A DNA stretch of 64,000 bases from Burkholderiaceae bacterium (GTDB taxonomy: Bacteria > Pseudomonadota > Gammaproteobacteria > Burkholderiales > Burkholderiaceae_C), in assembly GCA_014879655.1 (NCBI GenBank), contig JACSRS010000102.1, positions 1,617 through 65,616 of the forward strand. Reading direction: 5' to 3'. Positions within the stretch are counted from its first letter, which is position 1; each line of letters opens with the position of its first letter. Made by a program: the position numbers and the translations under genes. The notes under the pieces are model-generated. The model saw nothing but the letters and a program-made list of their open reading frames with translations. It had not been told where the DNA came from and ran no database searches. Shown piece by piece: positions 20,590 through 31,480 of this stretch.

Positions 20590-21140
20590 GTTCAAGCAGC
20601 GACGACGCCGCCGCGACCGGTGTGGCGCGGGCTGCCGGCAGTGCCGGTGCCCTGTTTCTGGATGCAGAGGCGCTCTACGGCGAACTGCTGCGCGGCGTTC
20701 GCCCGATGTGCACGCCGACGACCTGCCTCGTCGGCATCCGCTCGGGTGGGGACTGGCTGGCCGAGCGCCTGCAACATGACCTGGGCCTGCCCGGCCAGCC
20801 CGGCGCCATCTCGTCGGCCATGCACCGCGACGATTTTGCCCAGCGCGGACTGGCGGCGGGCGGGCAGACGCTGTTGCCTTTTGATGTCAATGGCGCAGAC
20901 ATTCTGGTGCTTGACGACGTGCTCTACACCGGCCGCACGATCCGGGCGGTGCTCAACGAACTGTTCGACTACGGCCGGCCCGCGCAGGTCAGGCTGGCTG
21001 TGCTGGTCGATCGCGGGGGGCGGCAACTGCCGATCCGTGCCGACTTCGCCGCCGCGCGAGTGGTGCTGCCCGCCAGCCAGTCGCTGGAGCTGGTGCGGGA
21101 TGACGCCGGCCGGCTGAGTTTTCAGGTGGAGGCGCGCTGA
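20586..21140 (+). CDS. pyrR: Bifunctional pyr operon regulator / uracil phosphoribosyltransferase
   Basis: Track ORF 20331..21140 trimmed to ATG 20586 (MSSSSDD...). PRPP-binding motif [16 protein letters not shown]. Directly upstream of pyrB. Confidence 0.85.
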   Translation: MSSSSDDAAATGVARAAGSAGALFLDAEALYGELLRGVRPMCTPTTCLVGIRSGGDWLAERLQHDLGLPGQPGAISSAMHRDDFAQRGLAAGGQTLLPFDVNGADILVLDDVLYTGRTIRAVLNELFDYGRPAQVRLAVLVDRGGRQLPIRADFAAARVVLPASQSLELVRDDAGRLSFQVEAR

Positions 21141-21142
21141 CC

Positions 21143-22105
21143 ATGCTCTACAAACGCAACCCCCAGCTCAACGCCAACGGTGAACTGATTCACCTGTTGT
21201 CGACCGAAGGGCTGTCGCGCGATGTGCTGACGCACATTCTGGACACCGCCGCCAACTTCGTCAGCGTCAGCGACCGCGAGGTCAAGAAGGTGCCGCTGCT
21301 ACGCGGCAAGAGCGTGTTCAACCTGTTCTTTGAAAACTCCACGCGCACCCGGACCACGTTTGAAATTGCGGCGACGCGGCTGTCGGCCGACGTCATCAAT
21401 CTGGACATTGCGCGCTCGTCGGCCAGCAAGGGCGAGTCGCTGCTGGACACCATTGCCAACCTGAGCGCGATGGCGGCCGACGTGTTTGTCGTGCGCCACA
21501 GCGAGTCGGGCGCGCCCTACCTGATTGCCCAGCACGTGGCGCCGCACGTGCACGTGATCAACGCCGGTGACGGCCGGCACGCCCACCCGACGCAGGGCCT
21601 GCTGGACATGTACACCATCCGGCACTACAAAAAGGATTTTTCCAATCTGACGGTGGCCATCGTCGGCGACGTGCTGCATTCGCGGGTGGCGCGCTCCGAC
21701 ATCCATGCGCTGACCACGCTGGGCTGCGCCGAGGTGCGCGTGGTGGGCCCGAAGACGCTGGTGCCGGCCGACATGGCGCCGATGGGCGTTCGCGTCTGCC
21801 ACACGCTGGAAGAGGGCATCAAGGATTGCGACGTGGTGATCATGCTGCGCTTGCAGAACGAGCGCATGAGCGGGGCGCTGCTGCCGTCGAGCCAGGAGTT
21901 TTTCAAGAGTTTTGGCCTGACGCCGCAAAAGCTGCGACTGGCCAGGCCGGACGCCATCGTGATGCACCCCGGGCCAATCAATCGGGGTGTGGAGATCGAT
22001 TCGGCCGTGGTCGATGGCCGTCAGAGCGTGATCCTGCCGCAGGTCACTTTTGGCATTGCGGTGCGCATGGCGGTGATGAGCATCGTCGCCGGGAACGAGG
22101 CCTGA
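21143..22105 (+). CDS. pyrB: Aspartate carbamoyltransferase catalytic subunit
   Basis: 320 aa. [21 protein letters not shown] and HPGPINRG motifs. Confidence 0.95.
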   Translation: MLYKRNPQLNANGELIHLLSTEGLSRDVLTHILDTAANFVSVSDREVKKVPLLRGKSVFNLFFENSTRTRTTFEIAATRLSADVINLDIARSSASKGESLLDTIANLSAMAADVFVVRHSESGAPYLIAQHVAPHVHVINAGDGRHAHPTQGLLDMYTIRHYKKDFSNLTVAIVGDVLHSRVARSDIHALTTLGCAEVRVVGPKTLVPADMAPMGVRVCHTLEEGIKDCDVVIMLRLQNERMSGALLPSSQEFFKSFGLTPQKLRLARPDAIVMHPGPINRGVEIDSAVVDGRQSVILPQVTFGIAVRMAVMSIVAGNEA

Positions 22106-22118
22106 AGGAGCAGCCGCG

Positions 22119-23417
22119 ATGAAAATTCTGATTCAGGGTGGCCGCATCGTCGATCCCGCAGCCGGGCTCGATGCCCCGGGTGACATCGCCATTGCAGCAG
22201 GGCGGGTGCTCGCCGTCGGTCAGGCGCCGACCGATTTCACGCCCAGCCGGGTGATCGACGCCACCGGTTGCATCGTCGCACCGGGCCTGGTCGACCTGGC
22301 GGTACGGCTGCGCGAACCCGGCCACGAACACGAAGGCATGCTGGAGAGCGAAATGGCGGCGGCGGTTGCCGGGGGTGTCACCAGCGTGGTCTGTCCGCCC
22401 GACACCGACCCGGTGCTGGACGAGCCGGGGCTGGTGGAAATGCTCAAGTTCCGCTCCGAAAAGCTGCACCAGTCGCGCGTTTTCCCGCTCGGCGCACTGA
22501 CCCGCTCGCTGCAGGGCGAGGTGCTGACCGAGATGGTGCAGCTCACCGAAGCCGGCTGCGTAGGGTTCAGTCAGGCGGAGATTCCGCTGGGCAATACGCA
22601 GATCCTGCAGCGCGCGCTGCAGTACGCCAGCACTTTTGGCTACGGCGTCTGGCTGCGACCGCAGGAACTGTATCTGGGCCGTGGCGTGGCCGCCAGCGGT
22701 CCGCTGGCCACGCGAATGGGTCTGGCAGGCGTTCCCGTTGCCGCCGAAACCATTGCCTTGCACACCATCTTCGAGCTGATGAAGACGACGGGCGCACGGG
22801 TTCACCTGTGCCGCCTGAGCAGCGCCGCCGGGTTGGAACTGGTGCGCCAGGCGCGCCGGGACGGGCTGGCCGTGACTTGCGATGTCAGCATCAATTCGCT
22901 GCACCTGACGGAAACCGACATCGGCTACTTCGACAGCCGCGCCCGCCTGAACCCGCCCTTGCGCCAGCAGCGCGACCGCGACGCGCTGCGTGCAGGCCTG
23001 CTGGACGGCACCATCGATGCGCTGGTGTCCGACCACACGCCGGTCGACGAAGACGCCAAGACGCTGCCGTTTGCCGAGGCCGAGCCCGGTGCCACCGGGC
23101 TGGAGCTCCTGCTGAGCCTTGCACTGAAATGGGCGCAGGACGATGGCGCGCCGCTGGCGCGGGCACTCGCCGTACTGACCAGCCAGCCAGCGCAGGTGTT
23201 GGGCCGTTCGCTGGGTACGCTGCAGGCCAGTCTGGGCCGGCTGGCGGTGGGTGGCGTCGCCGACGTCTGCGTGTTCGACCCGAAAGCCGAATGGGTGGTG
23301 CAGCCCGAATCCCTGCGCAGCCAGGGTCGGCACACGCCGTTTTCAGGATATGCCCTGCCGGGGCGGGTGCGCTGCACGCTGGTCGGTGGCCATATCGCGC
23401 ATGAATCGGCGGCCTGA
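22119..23417 (+). CDS. Dihydroorotase-like protein, probably the non-catalytic PyrC' partner of ATCase
   Basis: 432 aa amidohydrolase fold. The metal-binding D-x-H-x-H-LREPG motif reads DLAVRLREPG, so both His are replaced (Ala61, Arg63). Confidence 0.8.
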   Translation: MKILIQGGRIVDPAAGLDAPGDIAIAAGRVLAVGQAPTDFTPSRVIDATGCIVAPGLVDLAVRLREPGHEHEGMLESEMAAAVAGGVTSVVCPPDTDPVLDEPGLVEMLKFRSEKLHQSRVFPLGALTRSLQGEVLTEMVQLTEAGCVGFSQAEIPLGNTQILQRALQYASTFGYGVWLRPQELYLGRGVAASGPLATRMGLAGVPVAAETIALHTIFELMKTTGARVHLCRLSSAAGLELVRQARRDGLAVTCDVSINSLHLTETDIGYFDSRARLNPPLRQQRDRDALRAGLLDGTIDALVSDHTPVDEDAKTLPFAEAEPGATGLELLLSLALKWAQDDGAPLARALAVLTSQPAQVLGRSLGTLQASLGRLAVGGVADVCVFDPKAEWVVQPESLRSQGRHTPFSGYALPGRVRCTLVGGHIAHESAA

Positions 23418-23432
23418 CGGGGTCTGTTGCCG

Positions 23433-24200
23433 ATGAAAGCCTTGCGCGCTGCTGGCAAGCTGCTGCGCGGTCTGCTGCATCTGCTGGCCGGATTCTGGAC
23501 CGTCAGCCTGCGTTTCCGGCGCATGCCGCCCTCGCACCGGGAAGCCTATGTGCAAGCCTGGTCGCAGCAGCTGCTGGCGCTCTGGGGCGTGCAACTGCAG
23601 GTGCGCGGCGCACCGCCGCACGCAGGGCCGGTGCTGCTGGTGGCCAATCACATTTCCTGGCTGGACATCCTGGTGATGCATGCGGCGCGCTATTGCCGTT
23701 TTGTCTCCAAGGCTGACGTGCGCCACTGGCCGGTGATCGGTGTGCTGGCGGCCGGTGCGGGCACGCTGTTCATCGAGCGGGCGTCGAGCAGAGATGCGCT
23801 GCGCGTGGTTCACCACATGGCCGAGGCGCTGCAGCAGGGCGAGGTGGTTGCGGTGTTTCCGGAAGGGACCACCGGCGACGGTGTGCACCTGCTGCCCTTT
23901 CACGCCAACCTGTTGCAGGCGGCCGTCACCACGGGCGCGCCGGTGGTGCCGGTGGCACTGAGTTTTGTGGATGCGGCGACGCGCCAGCGCAGCGCGGCTC
24001 CGTCGTTCGTCGGCGATGAAACCCTGCTCGGCTCGGTCTGGCGGACGCTGACCGCGCCCGGCATCATCGCCGTCGTCAGCTTCGGCGAACCGCAGTGGGC
24101 CGATGGCCGCAGCCGCCGCATCTGGTCGCGCGACCTGCGCGAAGCGGTGGAGCGGCTGCGTCAGGCGGACAGCGCGCTTTCCGCCGCAAAGAAACTATAA
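23433..24200 (+). CDS. plsC: 1-acyl-sn-glycerol-3-phosphate (lysophospholipid) acyltransferase
   Basis: Acyltransferase HX4D block NHISWLDI and FPEGTTG block. Start 23427 or 23433. Confidence 0.8.
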   Translation: MKALRAAGKLLRGLLHLLAGFWTVSLRFRRMPPSHREAYVQAWSQQLLALWGVQLQVRGAPPHAGPVLLVANHISWLDILVMHAARYCRFVSKADVRHWPVIGVLAAGAGTLFIERASSRDALRVVHHMAEALQQGEVVAVFPEGTTGDGVHLLPFHANLLQAAVTTGAPVVPVALSFVDAATRQRSAAPSFVGDETLLGSVWRTLTAPGIIAVVSFGEPQWADGRSRRIWSRDLREAVERLRQADSALSAAKKL

Positions 24201-24292
24201 AAAGCATAGCTGAAAACGTCCATTTGACGCTGGATTGAGTCGAAAAAAGATTGAAAAATGACCCGGAAGGTGCCAGGGGATCCCCGCTGGGC
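24201..24292 (-). repeat. Copy C of the dispersed gene-3'-end repeat
   Basis: Reverse complement reads CCAGCGGGGATCCCCTGG hairpin, T-rich tract, then CGACTCAATCCAGCGTCAAATGGACG...GCTATGC. Starts about 20 nt after the stop of the minus-strand ABC ATPase gene. Confidence 0.8.
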
Positions 24293-24311
24293 CGGGGCCT
24301 TCAGGCGACGT

Positions 24312-25535
<1,224 letters not shown>

Positions 25536-25573
25536 CGTCCGGCCATTGTAGATGCTTACAATTCTCATTTACA

Positions 25574-27211
25574 TTGGCGCGGACTCCGGTCCGAATCCCC
25601 TTGCACCGGCTTTCATCCGCATTTCTGCTGCTCGTGACCCTGGCGCTGAGCCTGCCAGCGCTGGCCGTGCTGGCCTCGTGGCTGCAATGGGATGCGGTCA
25701 CGGCCGACATTCTGCGGTCAATGGCCGAAACGGTGCTGCCCGACTATGCCTGGACCTCGCTGCGGCTGTGCCTGATGGTGGCCGTGGGCGTTGTCGTGGT
25801 CGGCACCGCCAGTGCGGCCGCGGTGACGCTGTTCGACTTTCCCGGCCGGCGCACGGCCGAGTGGGCGCTGCTGCTACCGCTGGCGATGCCGGCCTATGTT
25901 GTCGCCTACGCCTACACCGACTTCCTGCAGTTCAGCGGGCCGCTGCAGACCGGCATGCGCCAGGCGTTCGGACTGGAAGGGCGCTTGCTGCCCGAGGTCC
26001 GCAGCGTCGGCGGCGCGGCCTGGGTGTTCACGTTTTCGCTTTATCCCTACGTCTACCTGCTCGCGCGCACCGCGCTGGGCGAGCGTGCAAGCCAGCTGAT
26101 GGAAGCGGCCCGGCTGCTGGGCGCGCCGTTGCCGCGGCGAATCCGCGAAATCGCCTTGCCGCTGGCCCGGCCGGCCATTGCCGCCGGCGCGGCACTGGCA
26201 CTGATGGAGACGCTGGCCGACTATGGCGTGGTCAGTTATTTCGGCATCCAGACCTTCACCGCCGGCATCTACAAAGCCTGGCTGGCGATGGACAACCGCA
26301 TCGCGGCCGCCCAATTGGCGACCCTGCTGCTGCTGGTGGTGCTGGTTCTGCTGCAACTGGAGCAACGCGCGCAGCGTCAGATGCGTTTTGTCGCTTCGCG
26401 TGGCGGGCGCGGCAACTCGGCCGAAGCCCAGCCAGTGCGCCTGACCGGCGGCCGGCTGCTGGCGATCTGGGCTGTCTGCGGCGTGCCGGTGCTGCTGGGA
26501 TTTGTACTGCCGGTCGCCTTCATGCTGCGGCCGCTGGCGGCCGACTGGTCGGTGCTGCCGTGGGACCGGTTCATCGCCTGGTCATTCAACAGCGTGCGCC
26601 TGGGGCTGCTCACCGCCGCGCTGGCCGTGGCGCTGGCGCTGTGGCTCGCGTTTGCGCAGCGGCGGGGCGCGGGTCGCCTGACCCGCGGGGCGGTGCAGCT
26701 GGCCGGGCTCGGTTATGCGATCCCGGGCGCGGTGATTGTTGTCGGCCTGTTGCTGCCGGTCGGCTGGTTGCAGGCGGCATGGCCGCAATCCGGCGCCGGC
26801 TACCTGATGACCGCCACTGTCACTGGCCTGGTCTGGGCCTACCTCGTGCGTTTTTGCGCCGTCGCGCTGCAATCGGTGCAAAGTGGCTATTCACGCATCG
26901 CGCCCAGCCTGGACGAAAGCGCCCGCACGCTGGGTGTCGGCGGCTTCGGGCTGCTGCGCCGGGTGCACGGCCCGCTGCTGCGGCGCTCGGTGGTGGCGGC
27001 AGCCCTGCTGGTGTTTGTCGACGTGATGAAGGAGTTGCCCGCCACGCTGGTGCTACGGCCTTTCAATACCGACACGCTGGCGGTGGTGGCCTATCAGCTG
27101 GCGCGCGACGAGCGCCTGGGCGAGGCCGCGCTGCCCTCGCTGGCGCTGGTGCTGGTGGGGCTGATTCCGGTGGTGCTGCTCAGCCGCACGCTGCGCAGCC
27201 GCGCGGGGTGA
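25574..27211 (+). CDS. ABC transporter permease, two-module FbpB/ThiP-like
   Basis: 545 aa, about 12 hydrophobic segments. Two EAA-type loops (MEAARLLGAPLPRRIREIALPLARPA and DESARTLGVGGFGLLRRVHGPLLRRS). TTG start is uncertain. Confidence 0.8.
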   Translation: MARTPVRIPLHRLSSAFLLLVTLALSLPALAVLASWLQWDAVTADILRSMAETVLPDYAWTSLRLCLMVAVGVVVVGTASAAAVTLFDFPGRRTAEWALLLPLAMPAYVVAYAYTDFLQFSGPLQTGMRQAFGLEGRLLPEVRSVGGAAWVFTFSLYPYVYLLARTALGERASQLMEAARLLGAPLPRRIREIALPLARPAIAAGAALALMETLADYGVVSYFGIQTFTAGIYKAWLAMDNRIAAAQLATLLLLVVLVLLQLEQRAQRQMRFVASRGGRGNSAEAQPVRLTGGRLLAIWAVCGVPVLLGFVLPVAFMLRPLAADWSVLPWDRFIAWSFNSVRLGLLTAALAVALALWLAFAQRRGAGRLTRGAVQLAGLGYAIPGAVIVVGLLLPVGWLQAAWPQSGAGYLMTATVTGLVWAYLVRFCAVALQSVQSGYSRIAPSLDESARTLGVGGFGLLRRVHGPLLRRSVVAAALLVFVDVMKELPATLVLRPFNTDTLAVVAYQLARDERLGEAALPSLALVLVGLIPVVLLSRTLRSRAG

Positions 27212-27232
27212 CGTCAGTGGATTCCCGTAGCA

Positions 27233-27262
27233 GAATATGAGCTTATTCGAATCAACCGATTC
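27233..27262. promoter_or_regulatory. Nested palindromes upstream of the ArsR/SoxR-like gene (candidate operator)
   Basis: GAATAtgagctTATTCGAATCaaccGATTC contains GAATA/TATTC, the perfect palindrome ATTCGAAT, and GAATC/GATTC. It lies 28-57 nt upstream of ATG 27290. Confidence 0.4.
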
Positions 27263-27289
27263 AATGCCGTCAACTGGAAGCCACACAAA

Positions 27290-27634
27290 ATGGCCAGAAC
27301 CGAAGTGAATGTCGAGAGCCCACCCATCACCGAGTCCGACAAGGTGTTCGAGCTGGCGGCCGAGGTTTTTCGCGTGATGTCTGCGCCGATGCGCCTGAAG
27401 ATCATCAGCAGCCTTTGCAATGGTGAGAAGAACGTGGGCGAGCTGCTGCGCGAGATTGACACCACCCAGCCCAACATGTCGCAGCACCTCAATACGCTTT
27501 ACCAGGCGGGCGTGCTGGGCAAGCGGCGCGACGGTGTCCAGATCTACTACCGCATCATCAATGACCGCGTGGTCACGCTGTGTCGGGCGGTCTGCACCCA
27601 GATTGCCATCGAGGAAGACTACAGCGCCCGCTGA
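27290..27634 (+). CDS. ArsR/SmtB-family transcriptional regulator (SoxR-like, sulfur-oxidation linked)
   Basis: 114 aa. wHTH core FRVMSAPMRLKIISSLCNGEKNVGELLREIDTTQPNMSQHLNTLYQAGVL. Sits immediately upstream of fccAB-like genes. Confidence 0.85.
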   Translation: MARTEVNVESPPITESDKVFELAAEVFRVMSAPMRLKIISSLCNGEKNVGELLREIDTTQPNMSQHLNTLYQAGVLGKRRDGVQIYYRIINDRVVTLCRAVCTQIAIEEDYSAR

Positions 27635-27840
27635 AGCGACGGGGTCCAACTGGCCGCGTGCGGCCAACGCGCACCGGCAGTCGATGGCGGTGCGCGCTTC
27701 ATCATCGGTTCACGCACCCCGGGTTTTCACGTGCTTACAGGGCGGGCGTTTGCCCATACTATCCCCGGTAATATAAGAAGCGACGGATGAAACGGTCGAA
27801 TAGGGTCGTTTGCGTCCACCCCATTCAACAAGGAGATGAT

Positions 27841-28152
27841 ATGAAACTCTGGAGCAAGATCGCGGCGATGGCCGTCTTTGCCACGGCCTGCGGCTTGGCC
27901 AGCGCGCAGGCGCCGGACCCGCTGCAGGTCCGCAGCTGGGCAGCGGCCTGTGCCAACTGCCACGGTACCCAAGGTGTGGCGCAAAAAGGCATGGAGTCAC
28001 TGGCCGGCGTCAACAAGGACGAGCTGTACAAGAAGCTGATCGACTTCAAGACAGGCAAGAAGCCCGCCACGCTGATGCACCAGCTGTCAAAGGGTTACAC
28101 CGACGAGCAGCTCGCTGCGCTGGCCGCCTACTTTTCGGCCTTGAAGAAATAA
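27841..28152 (+). CDS. Monoheme cytochrome c, FccA/SoxE-like partner of sulfide dehydrogenase
   Basis: ATG 27841 preceded by AAGGAG. Signal peptide MKLWSKIAAMAVFATACGLASAQA. Single CANCHG heme motif. Directly upstream of the flavoprotein subunit. Confidence 0.75.
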   Translation: MKLWSKIAAMAVFATACGLASAQAPDPLQVRSWAAACANCHGTQGVAQKGMESLAGVNKDELYKKLIDFKTGKKPATLMHQLSKGYTDEQLAALAAYFSALKK

Positions 28153-28165
28153 GGGAGATACAGCC

Positions 28166-29449
28166 ATGAAAAGACGTCAATTTGTTCAGACCGCCGGTGC
28201 CGGCACGATGCTCGGCGCGCTGGGAATGGTCAGTGGCTGCGCCAGCGGCGGCGGTGCCAGCGCCGGGCATGTGGTGGTGATCGGCGGAGGTTACGGCGGC
28301 GCCACCGCCGCCAAGTACCTGCGCATGTGGTCCGACCAGAGCATCCAGGTCACGCTGATCGAACCCAACGCCAGTTTCGTGTCCTGCCCGATCTCCAACC
28401 TGGTGCTCGGTGGCACGATGACCATGGCCGACATCACCACGCCGTATGACAACCTGGAGCGCCGCCACGGCGTCAGGATGGTGCGCGACACGGTCACCCG
28501 CATCGATCCCGACAAGCGCACCGTCACGCTGGCCGGCGGTGCCAGCCTGAACTACGATCGGCTGATCGTGTCGCCGGGCATCGAATTCATGTGGGAAACC
28601 CTGCCCGGCATGGCCAAACCCGGCGCCAAGGAGAAAGTGCTGCACGCCTGGAAAGCCGGGCCGCAGACCGTGGCGCTGCGCGAGCAACTGGTGGCCATGC
28701 CCGACGGCGGCGTCTACGCGCTGTCGATCCCGCTGGCGCCCTACCGCTGCCCGCCCGGCCCTTACGAGCGTGCCTGCCAGGTTGCCAGCTATTTCTCCAA
28801 GGCCAAGCCCAAGAGCAAGGTGCTGATCCTCGACGCCAATGACGACGTCACCTCCAAAGGCGCGCTGTTCAAGAAGGCCTGGGCAGACCGCTACAAGGGC
28901 ATGATCGACTATCGGCCCAAGCACCGCCTGATCGATGTGGATGCCGCCACCAACACGCTGAAGTTCGACTTCAACGATGACATCAAGGCCAATGTGCTGA
29001 ACGTCATTCCGTCGATGCGCGCCGGCGACATCGCGGTCAGCACCGGACTGGCCACGGCCAACAAGCGCTGGTGCGAGGTGGACTTCCTGACGCACGAATC
29101 GAAAGCCGCGAAGAACATCCACGTGCTGGGTGACTCGACGCAGAGCGCCCCCACCATGCCCAAGTCCGGCCACATGGCCAACCAGCACGGCAAGACCTGC
29201 GCAGCGGCTGTGGTGGCGCTGTTGACCGGCAAGCAGGTGAACCCGCTGCCGATCTACAACAACACCTGTTACAGCTTCGTCAGTGACGAAGACGCTGTGC
29301 ACGTGGCCAGCGTGCACCGCTGGGACGACGCGCAGAAGACCATGCTGCCGGTGGCAGGCTCGGGGGGTGTTTCCACAGCCGCCAGTGAGATCGAAGGCCG
29401 CTATGCCATGGGCTGGGCGCGCAACATCTGGGCCGACACGCTGGCCTGA
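28166..29449 (+). CDS. fccB: Flavocytochrome c sulfide dehydrogenase flavoprotein subunit (FccB/SoxF)
   Basis: 427 aa. Tat signal MKRRQFVQTAGAG. FAD dinucleotide fold HVVVIGGGYGGATAAKYL. Overall FccB-like sequence including APYRCPPGPYERA. Confidence 0.9.
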   Translation: MKRRQFVQTAGAGTMLGALGMVSGCASGGGASAGHVVVIGGGYGGATAAKYLRMWSDQSIQVTLIEPNASFVSCPISNLVLGGTMTMADITTPYDNLERRHGVRMVRDTVTRIDPDKRTVTLAGGASLNYDRLIVSPGIEFMWETLPGMAKPGAKEKVLHAWKAGPQTVALREQLVAMPDGGVYALSIPLAPYRCPPGPYERACQVASYFSKAKPKSKVLILDANDDVTSKGALFKKAWADRYKGMIDYRPKHRLIDVDAATNTLKFDFNDDIKANVLNVIPSMRAGDIAVSTGLATANKRWCEVDFLTHESKAAKNIHVLGDSTQSAPTMPKSGHMANQHGKTCAAAVVALLTGKQVNPLPIYNNTCYSFVSDEDAVHVASVHRWDDAQKTMLPVAGSGGVSTAASEIEGRYAMGWARNIWADTLA

Positions 29450-29468
29450 AGGCGGCGGTCTGAATCAC

Positions 29469-29497
29469 GCCGCCAGTCGCGAGGCTGGCGGCTTTTT
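29469..29497 (+). terminator. Rho-independent terminator after fccB
   Basis: Perfect 8-bp stem GCCGCCAG / CTGGCGGC with an 8-nt loop, followed by TTTTT. Confidence 0.6.
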
Positions 29498-29511
29498 CTT
29501 GAGATGCATCC

Positions 29512-30150
29512 ATGAAAACCTGTTCAACACCGGACTTTTCCTCCGGCGCCGCTGTGCTCACGAGGGCGTCACTGGTGATCGCCCTGACCTTGGCAGCTGG
29601 CAGTGCTGCCGCCCAGGCCGACGAAGCCCGGGCGAAGAAGATCGTCAGCGGCGTTTGTTTTGTCTGCCATGGCATGGAGGGTGAATCGGCCAGCGAGGTG
29701 TTTCCGCGCCTGGCGGGCCAGCACTGGGAGTACATCGCCAAGCAGCTGGACAACTTCAAGTCCGGCAAGCGCAAGAGCACGGCGATGGCCGAAATGGTGG
29801 CCAAGCTGACGCCGGACGAAATGGCTGCGTTGGGCAAATATTTCGAAAAGCAGGCGGTACACCCTGAACCTGTCAAGGACAAGCCGCTGGCCGGGGTCGG
29901 GAGCTACATTTACCATCATGGCAACAAGTACAGCGCACTGCCCGCTTGCGTGAGCTGTCACGGGGAGGGCGCACTGGGCACCACCAGCCTGCCGCGCCTG
30001 GCCGGCCAGTACGCGGCCTACACCGAAAGCCAGCTCAAGCAGTTCAACCAGCGCGAGCGCACCAACGACAACGCGGTGATGCATTCGATCGCTGCCAAGA
30101 TGACGCCGCTGGAAATGGCAGCCGTGGCCGAATACCTCAGCGGCAAGTAA
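29512..30150 (+). CDS. Diheme cytochrome c4-type protein
   Basis: 212 aa. Signal peptide. Two heme motifs (CFVCHG, CVSCHG), each followed by a PRLAGQ box, as in cytochrome c4. Confidence 0.85.
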   Translation: MKTCSTPDFSSGAAVLTRASLVIALTLAAGSAAAQADEARAKKIVSGVCFVCHGMEGESASEVFPRLAGQHWEYIAKQLDNFKSGKRKSTAMAEMVAKLTPDEMAALGKYFEKQAVHPEPVKDKPLAGVGSYIYHHGNKYSALPACVSCHGEGALGTTSLPRLAGQYAAYTESQLKQFNQRERTNDNAVMHSIAAKMTPLEMAAVAEYLSGK

Positions 30151-30159
30151 CCGGCATGC

Positions 30160-30186
30160 GGCCATCGGGGCGCGGCCCCGATGGCC
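30160..30186. terminator. GC-rich hairpin between convergent genes (possible bidirectional terminator)
   Basis: GGCCATCGGGGC gcg GCCCCGATGGCC, a 12-bp perfect stem. No clear U-tract. Confidence 0.4.
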
Positions 30187-30204
30187 TTGGCAATGGCCTT
30201 GCGA

Positions 30205-31320
30205 TCAGGGTGCGCGCGTAGGGGCGGGTTGCAGCGAGGTATCGCCGGCGGGGGCAGCTGCGGGCTCGCGGTCGATCAGCCGATCGGTCAGGCCGGCGCC
30301 CAGCCACATGCCGAACAGCGACAACCAGGCGGTTAGCGCAAAGATGGCGCCACCGGTGACGCCGGCACCCACCGCGCAGCCACCGGCCAGCATGGCGCCA
30401 AAACCCATCAGCATCGCGCCGGCAATGTAGCGGCCCATGCTGTAGCCGTCTTTGAAGCCTTCGATCTTGAAGTCGCGGCCGATGAAGGCGCCGATCATCG
30501 AACCGAGAAACACGCCCGGCATCAGGCCGAAGTCGAAACCGATCGGCGGCGTCGGCGCATGCAGCACGCGCATCAGCCACTCGGCCGACGGTCCGCTGAA
30601 GGTCATGCCCTGGATTTTCACCACGCCAAACGACTCGCTGGCCACCGAATAAGAAAACCACCAGGCGGCAGCCACCGAAAGACCGGCGCCGATGCCGCCG
30701 AACCATTTCCAGGCGCCACCACCGCTGCGCAGGCCAAAAAACAGCGCCGCAGCCGCCCAGAGCAGGCCGAACAGCAGTGCGCCCTTGTGGCCGATACCGG
30801 TCAGCGCCAGCAGGTCGCGGGCCGAGCCGCCGTCGACGGTCCACCACAGGCTGATCGATTCGCGCAGCGGCGCCAACGCGCCGCCCAGTGCCGCCTGCGC
30901 GGTGACCGCAAACACCAGCCCTGACAGCAGCGCCCGCAGGTTGCCGTTGGCCGACAGCACCAGCAGGCGGCTGGCGCAGCCGCGGGTCAGGATCATGCCG
31001 ATGCCGAAAAGCAGCCCACCGACCAGTGCGCCCGACAGGCTGCCGCGACTGGCCAGTTGGCGGGCATCGCTGACGTCGAGCGCACCGGCCAGAATCAGCA
31101 ATTGCACGCCAACCACGGCTGAAGAGAAGGCCAGCAGCCAGACCGCCAGCTTGTCGCCGAAGCGACGGTGCCAGAATTCGATCACCGCCGCGCGCAGGCA
31201 GAAACGCGAGCGCTGTGCCGTGAAGCCAAACAGCGCACCGATCAGCGCACCGCCGGTGGCCAGCACGGCGGCGTCACCGTATCGTTCCATCAGGCTTGCC
31301 AGATTCACGCTGATCTCCAA
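30205..31320 (-). CDS. YeeE/YedE family membrane protein (sulfur compound / thiosulfate transport family)
   Basis: 371 aa polytopic protein. FGFTAQRSRFCLRAAV and TRGCASR motifs with conserved Cys, typical of YeeE/YedE. Confidence 0.8.
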   Translation of the reverse strand: MEISVNLASLMERYGDAAVLATGGALIGALFGFTAQRSRFCLRAAVIEFWHRRFGDKLAVWLLAFSSAVVGVQLLILAGALDVSDARQLASRGSLSGALVGGLLFGIGMILTRGCASRLLVLSANGNLRALLSGLVFAVTAQAALGGALAPLRESISLWWTVDGGSARDLLALTGIGHKGALLFGLLWAAAALFFGLRSGGGAWKWFGGIGAGLSVAAAWWFSYSVASESFGVVKIQGMTFSGPSAEWLMRVLHAPTPPIGFDFGLMPGVFLGSMIGAFIGRDFKIEGFKDGYSMGRYIAGAMLMGFGAMLAGGCAVGAGVTGGAIFALTAWLSLFGMWLGAGLTDRLIDREPAAAPAGDTSLQPAPTRAP

Positions 31321-31480
31321 TAATTCAGTAGTAACTTATATGAATGTTACGCCCAAGTGTGTGGCGGCGGTTGATCGTGGTCAAGAACTCGTGAGGGTTC
31401 TGACAGGAAAAATCAGGCGTCAGCCATCAGCACGCTGCATCCGGGTATCGCGGTTTCCTTCAGTCAATCAGGATCAAATC

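Noticed and set aside
30692-31480. N-terminal 263 codons of track ORF 30692..32470
   Set aside because: This part is antisense to the YeeE/YedE gene and is Ser/Pro/Ala/Arg-rich. The MBL protein clearly begins with a signal peptide at ATG 31481.
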